A stretch of DNA of 63,901 nt, the filler included, from Choristocarpus tenellus KU-1152 (lineage: Eukaryota > Protista > Phaeophyceae): NCBI GenBank assembly GCA_964200185.2. It is 11 parts of 11 records of this genome, joined end to end, with 100 filler letters (N's around TTAATTAATTAA, not from the genome) between each part and the next. Parts side by side here need not be neighbours in the genome. Positions count along the whole stretch, not along the records: positions 8,904 to 17,672 come from CAXNAD020004346.1; positions 17,773 to 24,091 come from CAXNAD020008399.1; positions 24,192 to 30,160 come from CAXNAD020009290.1; 8 more parts are not named here. One strand, 5' to 3'. A program made the position numbers and the translations under genes. Shown piece by piece: positions 12,101 through 25,162 of this stretch. Below the pieces are notes generated by a model. That model searched no databases, was not told the origin of the DNA, and worked only from the letters and a program-made list of their open reading frames with translations. The stretch's first letter is position 1. Every line of letters starts with the position of its first letter.

Positions 12101-15100
12101 GCCAAAGCTGGAACCTTGATCTGGGTACCACTATGACATTGTGAAGAATGTTCTTAAGTAGAGAATACTTTTTTGGGTGTAGAAGGGGCAAAATGCTTTG
12201 AGAACTATAGTAGTTACTGAGGAGACATAGAGGCCCAGGGGAAATATCAGGGCTAGGCTGCTGTTAGGAGCATTATGTTTTTAGGTCATCAAGGACGACA
12301 TGAGGTGATCTGTTCATCTGAAACGTGTGCAGGATATAGGTAACTGTGGGAAATATATAGTGGATGCTTTATATACTGTATCTTTGGCTCATCCAAATAC
12401 AACAGTGGTGCTGCAAGTGAGGCCCGGGGAATCTACAAGTGGAATTACCATCTACCAACAAGAATCTCGAGGTGGGAGTTGCAAGGGTTTAATTGGACCA
12501 CACATTCCAGAACAATTTGGGCTTAAACTATATCCTCTATCACTTGTTGGGGCATTTCCCATGCATTGGTTGAAAGCAATGGACGCCCCCCCTCCCCATG
12601 AGAGAGAAGGGCAAGGCAAGAGGTTTATGCTGGCAGGATACCCAACTATTACTGTCTCATCTTCCTACATGTTGTGTCTATTAGGTGTGGAAACCCAGGT
12701 CTCTGAAGTGTGTACGTACTATTTGATGGCAGGTGAGCAGCATCTCACCCTGACACTGACTCTTCCTGCATTTTTGTGTACGTGTAGTATATGGGCTCTA
12801 CACTGAGGAGGTGAGAAAAACGTCCTGATTAAAGAGGGACGTTTTGAAGAATGAAAGGGGTTAAAATGATCAAGGTATATGAAAAAAATATTGGTATTCA
12901 AGGACAGCGCTCTATTGAATCTAATTGGATCAATCCATGAAGTTGCTATATGTTCGTCACCACCATGAAGTTCTCGATCATAAAAAGGAAAAAATGTGTA
13001 ACACCTTTGGAAAGAGTAATGCTTTTCCACAACACAACTTTTTTTGTTCGTTATACAAGATGAGGTACGCCTGAACAATGGATATTATTATTATTATAAT
13101 ATTATTATTATTATATTATTACAGAGCAAGAGGTCATAAGCATCACCTTGGACAATAAACGATATGAACCAAATAGGTTCAATATTTCACCAATAACAGG
13201 CATCAGGGAGAAATGGCCTCGAGTATTATCCAGGACAATGGATATTAGAGAGTAATCGGACCCAAGGCTTTGCTACACAACAGACCTCTTACAAAGCAAA
13301 TGGACTCAAGCCTTTGCTGGACAACAGACACTTCAACCGAGTGGAACGAACACAATTTTTCTTAGCAGTGTCTCTACTATTCATGGGCCAACCTAATGTG
13401 CTAAAGAGCTATGATAAGCAAGTGAGTTGCTCCACGGAAAAAAAGTGAGTAAACGGGTGAAGGCTGAGGGCGTTTTTCTGTGCAATATGTGTTAGGGGGA
13501 GAATGGACCCATGCTTTTGCGAGGCAACACACATGAGAGAGAGGGCGATGGCACCAAGTGTTGCGCTGATGTGTGTTCTGGGTGTAAGCCTAGTGCAAGA
13601 CAGCAAAGGTAGTACAGGAAATGGACATAAACAATGGGCATGAACAATAGATGTTGATGGATGTTCTAGAGGAACTGGCTCACGAACTTTGTCCTGGTGA
13701 TGGGTATTACAGAGCAAGTCGACCATGACGCTGTCAGGGATGGTGGAAGTAGTTACACACCGAATACAACTGAACATTCAACAGGATAGTGCTAGCTTTG
13801 AGTGTTATGTTTTTCAAGGTCTGCCAAATATTGTACTGTGCGGTTGTGTCCCTTCACAGTTAGAGATAGAGTACACAGGTCAAGGTTCCCACGGTGTAGA
13901 CAAGGGGATGGTGCAAGTGTGACAACAGGTACCCATGTATTTGGTCAAGTTGAGCTTAAACGTCCCATGCAATGTATGGTTATTCCATCACCCATTGCTC
14001 AAGTCTACCAAAGGCAATTATTGTTGTTGTTATTTCTCACCTGTGCTGGGCTGATTGGGGGGGTGTAATGATGATCAAGAGTGTCCCCCGATGCCCCACT
14101 GCTACCCCTGCTTCGTTGGCGACGGTTATGATTTGAACCCCTGGTATCCCCACCTCCTACTGCTGCCCCAGTTTGATCTCCCCCCTCTCTTTGCGGCCTC
14201 TCATCTGACCTTGACTTGGTTTTTTCCTTATGCTTCCTTCCCCCTGGGGTACGCTCACTGCCTTCTTTCTGAACACCATCATCACCACTTCCCACATCAC
14301 CATCCCAGTCTTCTGTATCCCCTCCAAACCCACCCAAGTCTTGTTTTCCCAGCTTGCTGTTGCTTGCACGGCGATTCTGGCCCCCCCCTGGACGACTTCC
14401 CTTCCCCTTTCGGCCCAACCTTTCCTTCTTCCCCTTGAGGCTGTCCTGACTTCCATTGGATGCAATGCCTCCAATGTTCGAACCCGAACTGAGCATGGGA
14501 AGCTTTGTCTGATCACCTGGATCAGTCAGAGTTCACCAGGTCGGGTGGGGGGAGGGGGGGGTATACTTATCTCAGCAACAATGTCACGAAAAAGATGATT
14601 TCTAGTGCCCACATCAAAGCAATACTATCCAGTATAATATGCCACAATGATAGGCCAGTCTATCCTGTATTTTGTGTCATCTACCATTACTCTTCACATC
14701 TGCCAGGACATATGACCTCAATTACATGCCAAAGTTTCTTGCCAGGGGTGTCTCATAGACTGGATGCAGGGGAAGGAATATGTTCAGAGTTTGTATCATT
14801 TTATAGCCAAAGGTATAAAATTGAATCGGTTTGTTATTTGGTTACATACGTCGGATGGATAATCTAAGTGCACTTTTCCTGGTTATGACCCAAATGGACA
14901 CCCTGGTGTAACCCCCCTCCCCCCCTCCCAGATACTTTGGGTCAATACATACCTAAGTTCTTGCCAGGGATGTCTCATAGACTGGATGAAGGGGAAGGAA
15001 TATGTTCAGAGTTAGTATCATTTAATAGCCAAGGGTATGAAATTGAATCGGTTCTGAAGGCCCAGAACTGATAATTCAGGTGGGGATGGTTATAATCATG

Positions 15101-16356
15101 GCTGAGTCAAGGACAAACTGGATTTCTTTGCGCAGATCGATCCTTTGTTTGGTGTTCATTTGCCATGTGATAGCACGACAATGTATGACCACCTTTCTCA
15201 CCGACAAAGCTTGACCTTGGCCTGATTTGTGGCAGGATCCAAGCCTGCTCATCTTCATCATACTCGGCCCTTTCCCAGACCCGAGCAACCTCACGGGGAG
15301 TCAAGATTTTCCGCACTACCTGGAGGGATGATGGTTATCACAAGCACAATCAAGGGTGTAGTTATCAGGAAGGTGCTTCAGACAGGTTGGTGTAAGAGGG
15401 TTTCCGGGGGCATCAATTTAGAAAAGATGAAAGAAAGGACAAATTAAATAGTTACGAAATAGTTATGAAATAGTTATGAAATAGTTATGAAATAGTTTAA
15501 ACAGCTACACAGCTCTAATAAAATGGTGAGGGTATTAGTAAATTGTATGGAATGAAGAGTCAGGGAAATAAATGATGTGGCCAATATCTGGTTTCGAGCT
15601 ACAGATTGTGAGTGTTAGATGAGTGCAGACTCCTGAGGATAAAAAACCCCCGTAGATATCTATCCTCATTGTTGGGGTAGGGGGGGGGGGGGTACTAGAT
15701 AGCACAAGGTTGGCGGATGCAGCAAAGTGACAGCGTTAGTGAATTTTTTGGATTTGCAACTTCAGATTTGATTCAGTTGAACAATGATTGATTGCAAGAC
15801 ATCACTTCTCTGAGTTCACGGCGGGGGTGCTTCATGTTGCTAGTGAGAGGCCCTACCAGAGTTGAGAAACCATTTTTTGCTAGCTTCCATTCTGTTTCTT
15901 TTTAGGATTAAAAATGTACCATAGCAGTGAGCAATGATGTGGGGTTATTTACCTGATGTACAATACGCTTCCTGCAAAGAAACTATGGTGAATTTTCGAA
16001 AGAGAGCTTGCACAACACAGCAATGGATAAAATCGCCGCCTCGTTTTTTTAAATACGACTTGCCACGACTGAAAACAGTCTAATGCGACTAATAATAATC
16101 TGGGGTGATAAATTACTTTACTCCCTCTAGGAATCTACAATGAAATTTCTTGCACGTTGGTGTTGATACAAATCATGTTAAATAGATGAGACAAATGTGT
16201 TCACAGGAGAACACCATATCTCGAAAACAATAGCAGCAATCCCACCTGCTCCCACAACTGTAGTTCCCTGTTCTGCGTGCGAATATTATCCATAAGGTCC
16301 TCCCTTTCCCTCTCACGCTCCACTGCCAAATCCTCAATCTCTTCTCGAGCTTCCTC
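9162..16356 (-). CDS. Kinesin-2-like (KIF3/KIF17/FLA10-type) motor, 3' partial: distal stalk and low-complexity tail
   Basis: Phase-compatible GT-AG exons 16356-16246 (EEAREEIEDLAVEREREREDLMDNIRTQNRELQLWEQ), 15319-15202 (VVRKILTPREVARVWERAEYDEDEQAWILPQIRPR), 14516-14041, 11428-11322, 10173-9970 and 9630-9162 (stop). The first two match the kinesin-2 end-of-stalk signature. The tail exons rest on splice sites and phase only. The motor domain is not in this contig. Confidence 0.7.
14831..14943 (-). mobile_element. Half MITE family A copy flanked by an about 110-bp direct duplication
   Basis: Single TIR (AGATACTTTGGGTC). Flanks 14718-14830 and 14942-15053 are near-identical. Confidence 0.8.
15446..15497 (+). 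repeat. 11-bp tandem repeat (AAATAGTTATG) x about 4.7
   Basis: Directly visible. Confidence 0.9.
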
Positions 16357-16986
16357 CTTGACATTGTATTTTGTCCGGGCAGTGAAGAGGGAGTGGGCAG
16401 GGAGGAACAAGGTATGGTCGCATTCAAGGCAAGCATTCGACGCTGCTTACCGAATTTTTTCTTACGCAAGTTTTTGTTAAGGATTCAGACTTGTATGCGT
16501 CAGCAGAGGACACTATGTACCTACTCCAACAGATGCTGTGCAGTATAATGACTATGGAGGGTTTTTTTTCAGTCATATCTAACCGTTAGGGTTCGATTCC
16601 AGTTCGAAACCTTGGTGTATGTTAATGGGGATCTGACATGTGGGTGATTGATATGTTTATGGTTATATTGAAGTAAGTACAATTGTTTGGATCAAAGCAC
16701 TTTGCATGAGTGAGAAAATAAATGGTCACAACTGGGAGTGCATAGTGCATCATCAAATGGAACATATTTCAAGAGTAAAACCCGTATAACCGGTCAACTG
16801 GAATGGAAGAGTATGTATCGATCCTTTCATTTTTTATCGTAGAATGTGCAAATTTATAAATGAAATTGCTGCCAAGGTCGGGTAAGATCTGTACTTAATC
16901 TCATCCTTACCTACGGATAATCATTTTAGATGTGGGTCAAATCAAACTCCTCTCCGAGTCAAACCAATTAAGAGGTAGCCAGGTTT

Positions 16987-17244
16987 GAGTCAAAGTATCT
17001 TGAGGGTAGAGCCGCGTCCATTTGGGGGCCAAAATCCAACATTGCAATTTTGATGTAATTTTGGCTAGTGTGTTCGTTAGGAGATGTCGATATCCTTGTT
17101 CCGGACACACCTTTTCATAATGTATACATTTTACCTACTCCGAAATACTTTGAAGTAGGGAAAATGTCATTAAAAACTCGTGGGAAACCAAGCCTTAAAT
17201 GGACAAACAGGGAAAAACTCGTACCCTCTAAGATACACTCACTC
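16987..17244 (+). mobile_element. MITE family B, full length
   Basis: GAGTCAAAGTATCTTGAGGGTA...TACCCTCTAAGATACACTCACTC; TSD TTT/TTT. Confidence 0.9.
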
Positions 17245-17422
17245 TTTGGACCCTTTGGCATTCTAAGCCATCTTCTTACCACATGCAATACACTTTGTTT
17301 CATTGCTTTGTGAACACAATGGTGTACGCAAATTGATATTTCCCCTTTCCAAACTCAAAGTGACACAACAAATCAACAAAGACTCTGCGATTGTACAAAA
17401 TGGCGTCTTTTTCAACCTTCCT

Positions 17423-17672
17423 GTCTCATAGTATCCTAGAGGGGGGATAGGGGGTCCATTTGGGGCCTGTGTGACTCTGCAGTGACTTCATGTAATTTGA
17501 GTGAACACACTCCTTTTCCACTCCCCTGCCTGGACCAGACCTGAAGGAAAACCACCCACAAAATGGGCATCAAACTGGGGTGTTTACAACATCCCTTCAT
17601 ACCCCAGGTGGACTTTGGCTAATCACCATGCCCCCCCACCCCCCCCCCTCGACAAAATCAGCCCTTTCCTCG
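17423..17672 (+). mobile_element. MITE family C-like copy cut by the gap
   Basis: GTCTCATAGTATCCTAGAGGGGGG start, shared with 55371, followed by the GTCCATTTGGGG box. Confidence 0.55.
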
Positions 17673-17772
17673 NNNNNNNNNNNNNNNNNNNNNNNNNNNN
17701 NNNNNNNNNNNNNNNNTTAATTAATTAANNNNNNNNNNNNNNNNNNNNNNNNNNNNNNNNNNNNNNNNNNNN

Positions 17773-17841
17773 CAAAAATCGCGACATTAAAAAATTGCCC
17801 CCAAATGGACAGCTGCCACCCCCTCCCAGATACTTTGAGCC
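17773..17841 (+). mobile_element. MITE family A right end, inserted into the gypsy RT
   Basis: CCCCAAATGGACAG...AGATACTTTGAGCC abutting the RT codons GLLIY. Confidence 0.85.
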
Positions 17842-20040
17842 ATAAATCAGTAATCCCATACTCGGTCCTAGAGTCGAAAATGTTTCTGACATGAAGCGTT
17901 GATATATCTATGATGCATTAGCAACACCAAAGGGTAGCCTTTTGAATTCTTACCTTCCATCCGGTGTGACAAAGGCAGTTCTTTGGTGTTCGCTAGTGTC
18001 GGTGATGGGTAGTTGCCAGTAGGCTGACTGAACATCGAGGCGTGACAGGTATTTTACTCCCCCTAGTGTATCCAAACAATCTTCCATAGATGGTAACGAC
18101 CAGGAATTACGTACCAAACTTGTGTTCAATGAGAGCCTAAAGTTTACACAGAATCGAGGACCCATCAGGTTTTGTAACGATGGTTACCGGTGAAGCCCAA
18201 GGACTTGAGGAGGGTTGAATCATTCCCTGATTTTCCATGTCCTCCACACAACTACGGATTGTTTCACGTATTTTGGGTGCGATCCGATATGGTGGACGAT
18301 TCACAGGAACTGTACCTGGTTTAAGTGGAAATTCAGCACTGGCATTATTGCAACAGCCTAGTTCCTCAGAAGTGAGTGAAAATACAGGTCGATATTTGGC
18401 AACAAGGTCAAGTAGTTCTTGTTCATTATCAGATAGCACTGTATCTACCAGGGCTTTTTTGCCCAAAAACGTTTTTTAACTCTTCACGGGCTTGTTTAAG
18501 CTCCTCTGGAGCGTTCGGAATAGCCGCTATGGTACTGGTCTGTGCTTCAGAAAGCGTGTGAATTTGATCCACTGGTGCTATATGACCAACAACAAATTGA
18601 GGAGGTATCTTAACAACATGGTTGGAAGGGATGGAATTTTGACTAGGCAAGATCCATCCTCTTCCCAGACAATTAAAGACCGACTGACCATGATATCTTT
18701 CCATGGAGAGTGGTGAGGTTCCTGGTCGATGAAGTCCATGCTCGTCCTGACAATGGGATCCACTACAGCGTCTTTGGCTGATCCAGGTAAGGCCTGAGAA
18801 CACAATGAAACAACAGTTTCGGTTCCCGGGGGGAAATATGTTTTATATCTTACATGTACAGGTATGGTGAACTCAGTTTAAACTGTAGCCACCGTAATGT
18901 TTGTTGAAAAGGTTTGAGCAGTATTCTGACTTATGGTTGATGGATTAACAATGGGTATAGGATAATTTTTATGATTGGCTGGGATGCGAAATGTGCTCCC
19001 AGAAAATGTTATTTATTCTCTATCCCAACCCAACCTCGCTCCAAAAGCAACCATGATACTGTTGTCCAAAAGTATTTTGTCAACACCTAGGGAGGGTAGA
19101 ACAACTGTTTGAACAGGTAGTGTTTTATTTCCCAAAGGTTAACTGAAATTGAATAAAGCCATGTACTTGCAAAGGTCTTTCCCCAGCTCCTTTTAAATGT
19201 AAGGAACCATCTGGCATAGGACTGATGTGAGCAGAACAAAGGGTGGGATGAGCTTGCATGTGAGGATAGCTAATGACCGGGATGCCAGTTGCGGTATCAA
19301 CTGTGATGTGTGAAACTGAATCATCATCAATTTTGCCAGGAATCGATACTCAACGAGATGAAACCTGCAAGGTACAAGGGTATTTAAAGTAATGTTGAAT
19401 TGCAGATGTATGCCAATACACTGACTTGGTGCAACACAAACGAGATGCTACGAAGTCTTCACCCACTGTTCCAATAAATTTGGAAGGTTGCTTAATTGCT
19501 GAGGATGTTATTGCAATTAACAAAATGAGTCTGACGCAGTGGATAGTAATTTGGCGATTTTGAGTGATTAACCATTGTAGGTTTTTTCACTGCTGGGTTG
19601 GAGCCCAAAGAATTGTTACAAAGATGTGATTGAGACAGTGCTCAAATGCATCATCAGGTGGCCGATTTGTCGAACATCTTGGCTGGTTGTCCACTTCTGG
19701 GTCGGATCCCAAAGAAAAATAGTAGAGATCTGGTGTAGGCAGGTGTTGCCCTCGTGTATTGCTTTACTTAGCCTATATCCGAGTGAAAATTTGTAGCAAT
19801 AGCGTTCACTACTGCTAAGGAAACCAATGGATAAATGGCAAGGCACAAGGTGTACAGTTGTCCTAAATGCACAGGGGTCATTGGGGTGACGGGTCATGAC
19901 TCAATTACTTGAGGATCTACGATGTGAAAAGGAAGAGGAAGAACGAGGGGAAAGGTTAAGGAGATGTCAACAACTTTGTTGGTACAACAACAGTACAAAA
20001 TCATGGGTTGTTGTGGGTATAGTGTTGGCAGGCACCTCTA
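17842..20040 (-). mobile_element. Decayed Ty3/gypsy LTR retrotransposon gag-pol (protease, RT)
   Basis: Protease-like ITVDTATGIPVIS (about 19270-19310). RT motifs PVNRPPYR, IQPSSSPWASPVTIVTKPDG, RFCVNFR, YLSRLDVQSAYWQLPI, RTAFVTPDGR*EFKRLPFGVANA. Stops and frameshifts present. Confidence 0.93.
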
Positions 20041-20044
20041 GGAT

Positions 20045-20363
20045 TAGACCATTCTTGATTGTTTTAAAAAGGTTACCTAACGAGTTAAACAACGACCATA
20101 ATATCGAATGAAAGGTCTCTATCTAAGCTATCGAGTTCTGGAAAGGAATTCTTTCGGAAAATTATTTTGGTAAGGTTAAATTTTAACCGCATGTTTTCGG
20201 AACAACCTCGAAAATGTTTCGGAAAGAATTATCACAGCCAAAAGCATTTTGACAAAGAATTACTTTGTATAAATCGATAGCCTAGATTCATAGCTTTCAT
20301 TTGATATTCTGATCGTCGATTAACTCGTTGGGCAACCGTTTCAAAAAAATCAAGATTGGTAAC
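20045..20363. mobile_element. Foldback / MITE-like element, an about 320-bp imperfect palindrome
   Basis: About 20048-20170 is the reverse complement of about 20236-20360 with mismatches (e.g. CCTAACGAGTTAA / TTAACTCGTTGGG, AATATCGAATGAAAG / CTTTCATTTGATATT). Confidence 0.7.
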
Positions 20364-21249
20364 CGCCAAAACGATACGTGGGCGGACCTCGGCTTAATAC
20401 TGTTTAAGCCACTCACAGGACACTGTGACGCCCAATGAGCTTCGAGTTGTCGCCTGCCCCTCACAGGACACTCTGAAATGAACCCGATCTGGGGGCGTGC
20501 GAAGCACTCTGTACGAGGCCACTGTGACTACACGTTGCCTGGAATGAGAACCAACGTTCCTGTCAGTCGTAATGAGAAAGGGGGGTTGTCCAGAGTAATT
20601 GTGGAGAGGTTCTTCAGGATGAGTATTGCCTACCACCTGATACATTCCAACGAGAAAGGCATGGAGTGCACCAAATTGGACAGGGTGTAAAAGCATTCAA
20701 ATATCAAAGGAAAGTCTATACCTTAAGATTGCCTCATTTGACTTGGCATGGATTGTCTGGTTCAGAGACCTGGGCTCTCATGAGCGAGCCTTAGTCAGCA
20801 GGTGACAACATCGCATAAACGGAAAATAATGGAAAGAGAATGGAGAGGCAACAACGCGCATGTTCTACGGGCAAAGATGATATTTTCTGGCGTCAAAATC
20901 ATCCTCATATCCGCGCGCGCTACTTGATTTAAGTATGGCCTGTATTTCTCATGATTACTGTAAGTTGACCAACGGTGACCCATCAAATAAGGATAAACAT
21001 GCCGATGCGATTACAGCAAACAAATTTTTATGAAAAAAAATGTTGTTGATGAAAAGTTATGGCACAACAAAGTTGATGCAGGAGGTGACTGCCAACATTG
21101 TAAGAAATGATGGGAACATTCGAGAATGGGATTGTCTTTGTTTCTTTTGAGAGTAAGCAGTATAATATGTTTGGAGCACACAAGAAATAACCCCACTGGA
21201 TTGAGATATCCAAAACTTGTCGCAGAGACATCAGTGACGGTTGGTGGTA

Positions 21250-22570
21250 GAATGATTCTTCAAGCTAGAGCCATAGGTGATGTGTCATACTAGTAGGGTA
21301 TGTACAGAAAGTTTTCAACACCATTATGGATAGCGTATCATTACTCCCATATTAAAATTCCGTCTCTTCTCCATCAATCAAGCGGGGAAACAGTTAGAGT
21401 AGGAACAATGTTGGAAAGAGAAAATTATTTGTGATTATCCCCAACTTCTTACCATGAATTATTACACTTTCCAAAAAGAGAGGGATGAACTGACTATTGC
21501 TTTCTTTGGAACCCAACCTGACAACAAGAAGGTGACTTGATCAGCACAGATGAGAGGGAGAATCGTGTCTGGAATAGTTCTTGCCAAGGGGGAGACACGG
21601 CCAGACAAGCTCGCCCCAACCAAGAGGGATGTAGTAGATATCGTGTCAGGGGGGTCGTCTGGGTAGACTACAAGGTCAGAAGAGGATGTTGTGGCGACAA
21701 ACGAACTTACCTTTGGAGGAGTTGGAAGCACATGCCATCGTCCTAATGGACATGATCGGGGAGGGGGAAGCTGCCCCAAAGATGGCTATAATGATGTCGG
21801 TTTTAGGAGGTCGACTGCAGTGATCGCAGCCTCAGAGGAGGGTGTTTTGTGGTAACTAATGAACTGGCCTTAGGAGGACCTCCAGCAAATGTTACTACCC
21901 TGTGGTGGTCGAGTGGGGGAGTGACATCTGTTGTACGTGTTAGGTCCATCAGATGCATCACCAGCTAGGACATTGCCATGAGGCAATGGTTCGAACGTAT
22001 TCCAACGAGTGTGTCATTACAATGACCGGTGAATGGAAGAGGTATTGCAATGGATGTCCTATCGGCAAGGTTCGTCGGAAACTGGTCCTGATTGTGAAAT
22101 CGAGCATATTGAAGAAACGTTCGAGCAGGGTCTTCATTGATTCGAAAGGACCGAAGTCCATGACAAGTTACCCAGGAGGTTTTTTCATACGAAATACTAT
22201 GGTCTGTGACAAGACCGGGATGGGGTGGATTAGATTCCTGCGATCCAAGAGCGAGATTGCTAATACATTTCGGGCATTCATCCGTGATGAGGAAGATTTT
22301 GAGAAAGTTATGTATTGAGTGCGTGAGGACTAATGAGGGCGCAGAATTCAAAGATATTGAATTTGAGGCCATGCTAGATGAGCACAAGATAAGACATGAG
22401 TACACTGTGCCAGGAACTCCTCAACTCAATGGGAAATTGGAAGGGGCCACTGATTGATTGCGGAGAAAGGGTTGGTCATGATGCGCGCACCTGCTCTGGG
22501 GGTTCAACTGGGATTGTCCGTGAGGCACACTATATCGCTAACAATGTTACTATCCTGTTCCCAACGTCCT
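21250..22570 (+). mobile_element. Decayed Ty1/copia LTR retrotransposon (gag remnant, GAG-pre-integrase, integrase)
   Basis: HHQLGH...CNGCPIGK zinc-binding motif, RVFIDSKGP, WIRFLRSKSE, VRTNEGAEFK, IRHEYTVPGTPQLNGKLE (copia-type integrase, 21953-22460). 5' boundary approximate. Confidence 0.88.
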
Positions 22571-23595
22571 CTAATCCCCTAATCCCACTGGGGGTGTTAA
22601 ATCCTTGAGTTGAATGAATCGTTGGTTCTCACGTAGAGCTCTTTGTAGAGACTTCAAATCTTCTATGTGAAGGGGTGATCTAGAGCACGCAAGCATTGAT
22701 GAATTCACAATGCAATGAATCTTGTGACATGGTCGGTGTATATAGTCTGGCTGAAAATTGGAATGTGATGTTCTGTTCCGTAGTGTGTTGAAGGAAGTGA
22801 TACGTGCTCTGGTTAGAAGGCTTGCTGCCTTGGGAAGAAGGGTGTAGAGTATAAAATCTTGAATATGTCTCGTCCAGTTGTGTATCGGGTACACTTCATG
22901 CAAAGTGAATTCGAAGTCAAAGTGGGGGTGATGCCAATCAAAGAGAAATAAAACTGTATACCGCTCTTATTTCTTTTGTGGTAGAAAAAAAGAGACTAGA
23001 GTCAAATCGCAAGTCAACTGATGTGTGTGTCGCATACTGAGTTTGTGTGTTGAAGAATATCTAAGGATCAAGTGTGTAGTTGCACATACGTACACAACGG
23101 TAGCCATGCTCACATACACGGGTAGAGGGGGGTACATGTGCGATCTAGCTCCTTACACACGAAGCGACCAATAAAAGTAACGAATCAACAGTCAACACTA
23201 GTTGGTGGTACTGCATAGTATCTGTGGGCTATGGAGAGAGTAGCCTATATGCATTAACAAGAAGTAGTCCCAATATGAAAGGGGATGTGGTTTTCCTGCT
23301 TATCCCCATCTAGTACCATTTTGGGGTTCCAAGGGGTACAGTAGAGTGGATAAACGTTTATAACCTGACTCCAAGAGCTTAACCATGCTTGATGGCGGTA
23401 TTTTCCTCCAACCGCCCTTCTGATTCACCACGTGTCCTGCTTCTCAATTCAGGGCAAAGAGTGCATAGGAGGAACTATATGTGGGAACCTTACACCGAAC
23501 CGGTTGGATGGCATGTGGATAGCTAAGGAATCGGGGTCAGGTTACTCTATTGGTATTATCGAGGGAATGGACAAGAAGTTCCAGGAGGTGAATTT

Positions 23596-23846
23596 GAGTG
23601 AAAGTATCTTACAGGGTACGAGTTTTTCCCTTTTTGTCCATTTGGGGGTTGGCTTCCCATGCTTTTCTTAATGACATTTTCCTACCCCCAAATGTTTAGG
23701 AGTAGGTAAAATCTGTGTTATGAAAAGGTGTATCCGGAACATGGATATTGATACTTCCTAACAAACATGATAGCCAAAATTACATAAAAATTACAACATT
23801 TAGCCCCGAAATGGACGCAGCTCTACCCTCTAAGATACTTTGACTC
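23596..23846 (-). mobile_element. MITE family B, full length
   Basis: GAGTGAAAGTATCTTACAGGGTA...TACCCTCTAAGATACTTTGACTC; TSD TTT/TTT. Confidence 0.9.
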
Positions 23847-23991
23847 TTTGTGGGCGGTGATGAAGTTCATGGGCTGCAGGACCAGGACGAACAGGAATGC
23901 TGGGACACTTGTGGTCGGCCAGAGGTTGTACATAGGAGACCTGGCGGAGAGATATAGGATTGGAACAACTTGTGAACTACCATTAATCATC

Positions 23992-24040
23992 GGGTCAAAG
24001 TATCTGGGGGGGGGGGGGGGGGGGTTCGGGGGGGGGGGCT
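23992..24040 (+). mobile_element. MITE family A terminus near contig end
   Basis: GGGTCAAAGTATCT + long G-tract, then low-quality-looking sequence. Confidence 0.65.
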
Positions 24041-24477
24041 CGTTTCTCCCAAACAACCTTTTTTTTTGCGTGCATTTCAAAACCGACACCTNNNNNNNNN
24101 NNNNNNNNNNNNNNNNNNNNNNNNNNNNNNNNNNNTTAATTAATTAANNNNNNNNNNNNNNNNNNNNNNNNNNNNNNNNNNNNNNNNNNNNGAGTGGTGG
24201 GGGGTGGAGGGAGAGGGAGTGGGGTGTTGGGGGAAGTGGGTCGTGTGAATGTGGGGGTGTTGGATTCAAAATAGCATCAACCATGACTGCAAGCCATCTG
24301 GATTGTTGACTATATGTGAGGACTTGAGGGAATACTACCATACGTGCAGCCCTCTCCCCTGATGTGATTTTGTTCTAGTTTTTTTTGTGTACCTATCCCA
24401 TGCCTGTGCACTTTTTTTACCCCTTTAGTAGGAACTTTGTGATGGACCTTTCTGGAAGAATTGTTGCAATGATAGTA

Positions 24478-24662
24478 TTAGGGTTAGGGTTAGGGTTAGG
24501 GTTAGGGTTAGGGTTAGGGTTAGTGTGTTAGTGTTAGTATTAGTATTAGTATTAGTGTTAGTATTAGTATTAGTGTTAGTATTAGTATTAGTATTAGTAT
24601 TAGTATTAGTGTTAGCATTAGTATTAGTATCAGTACTAGTATTAGGAGTAGTATTAGTATTA
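24478..24662 (+). repeat. Interstitial telomere-type repeat (TTAGGG)7 grading into TTAGTG/TTAGTA hexamers
   Basis: Directly visible. Confidence 0.92.
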
Positions 24663-25162
24663 ACAGCGTGCAGACCGAAGACCTTTGCTGTCTGTGTTGA
24701 TTGTAACAGGGTAAAGCAATCGCTTTTGGTAGGACTGAAGAAAATCAAATGGCAGTTATCAATGCTAACGTAATGGGGGTTTCGTTGTTCCAGTGTAGTG
24801 TTACAGGCGATTATTCTTGAAGACAAGCAACCATGGACCTCACCTGAGTCTTGCTTTTTTTTTTTGCTGTCGGTTTTTAACTTATTATTATTATTTTATT
24901 TCTGACCCTAACCCTAACCCCAACCCTGATGGCTACCACTACTGTAGTGAGATTTTAATGAATGTACATATTATATATATATATATATATTTGTAGGGAT
25001 GTATTGGTAGCATCCAATACATCTTGTTTTGGGAAATCACAAGTTATGTATGGTCAAGCTGTGTCACAAGTTATGGAGACTACCTTCTCCATTTACCCGA
25101 TCCTTTCACAGAATTGTGTACCAGCAGTTCTTTGAACCCTAAATAGAGCTATCAAACGACAG

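Noticed and set aside
24478-24523. True chromosome end
   Set aside because: There is unique sequence on both sides and only seven perfect units.
24425-24826. ORFs with NTNTNT / LVLVLV / LTLTLT runs
   Set aside because: They are translations of hexamer microsatellites.
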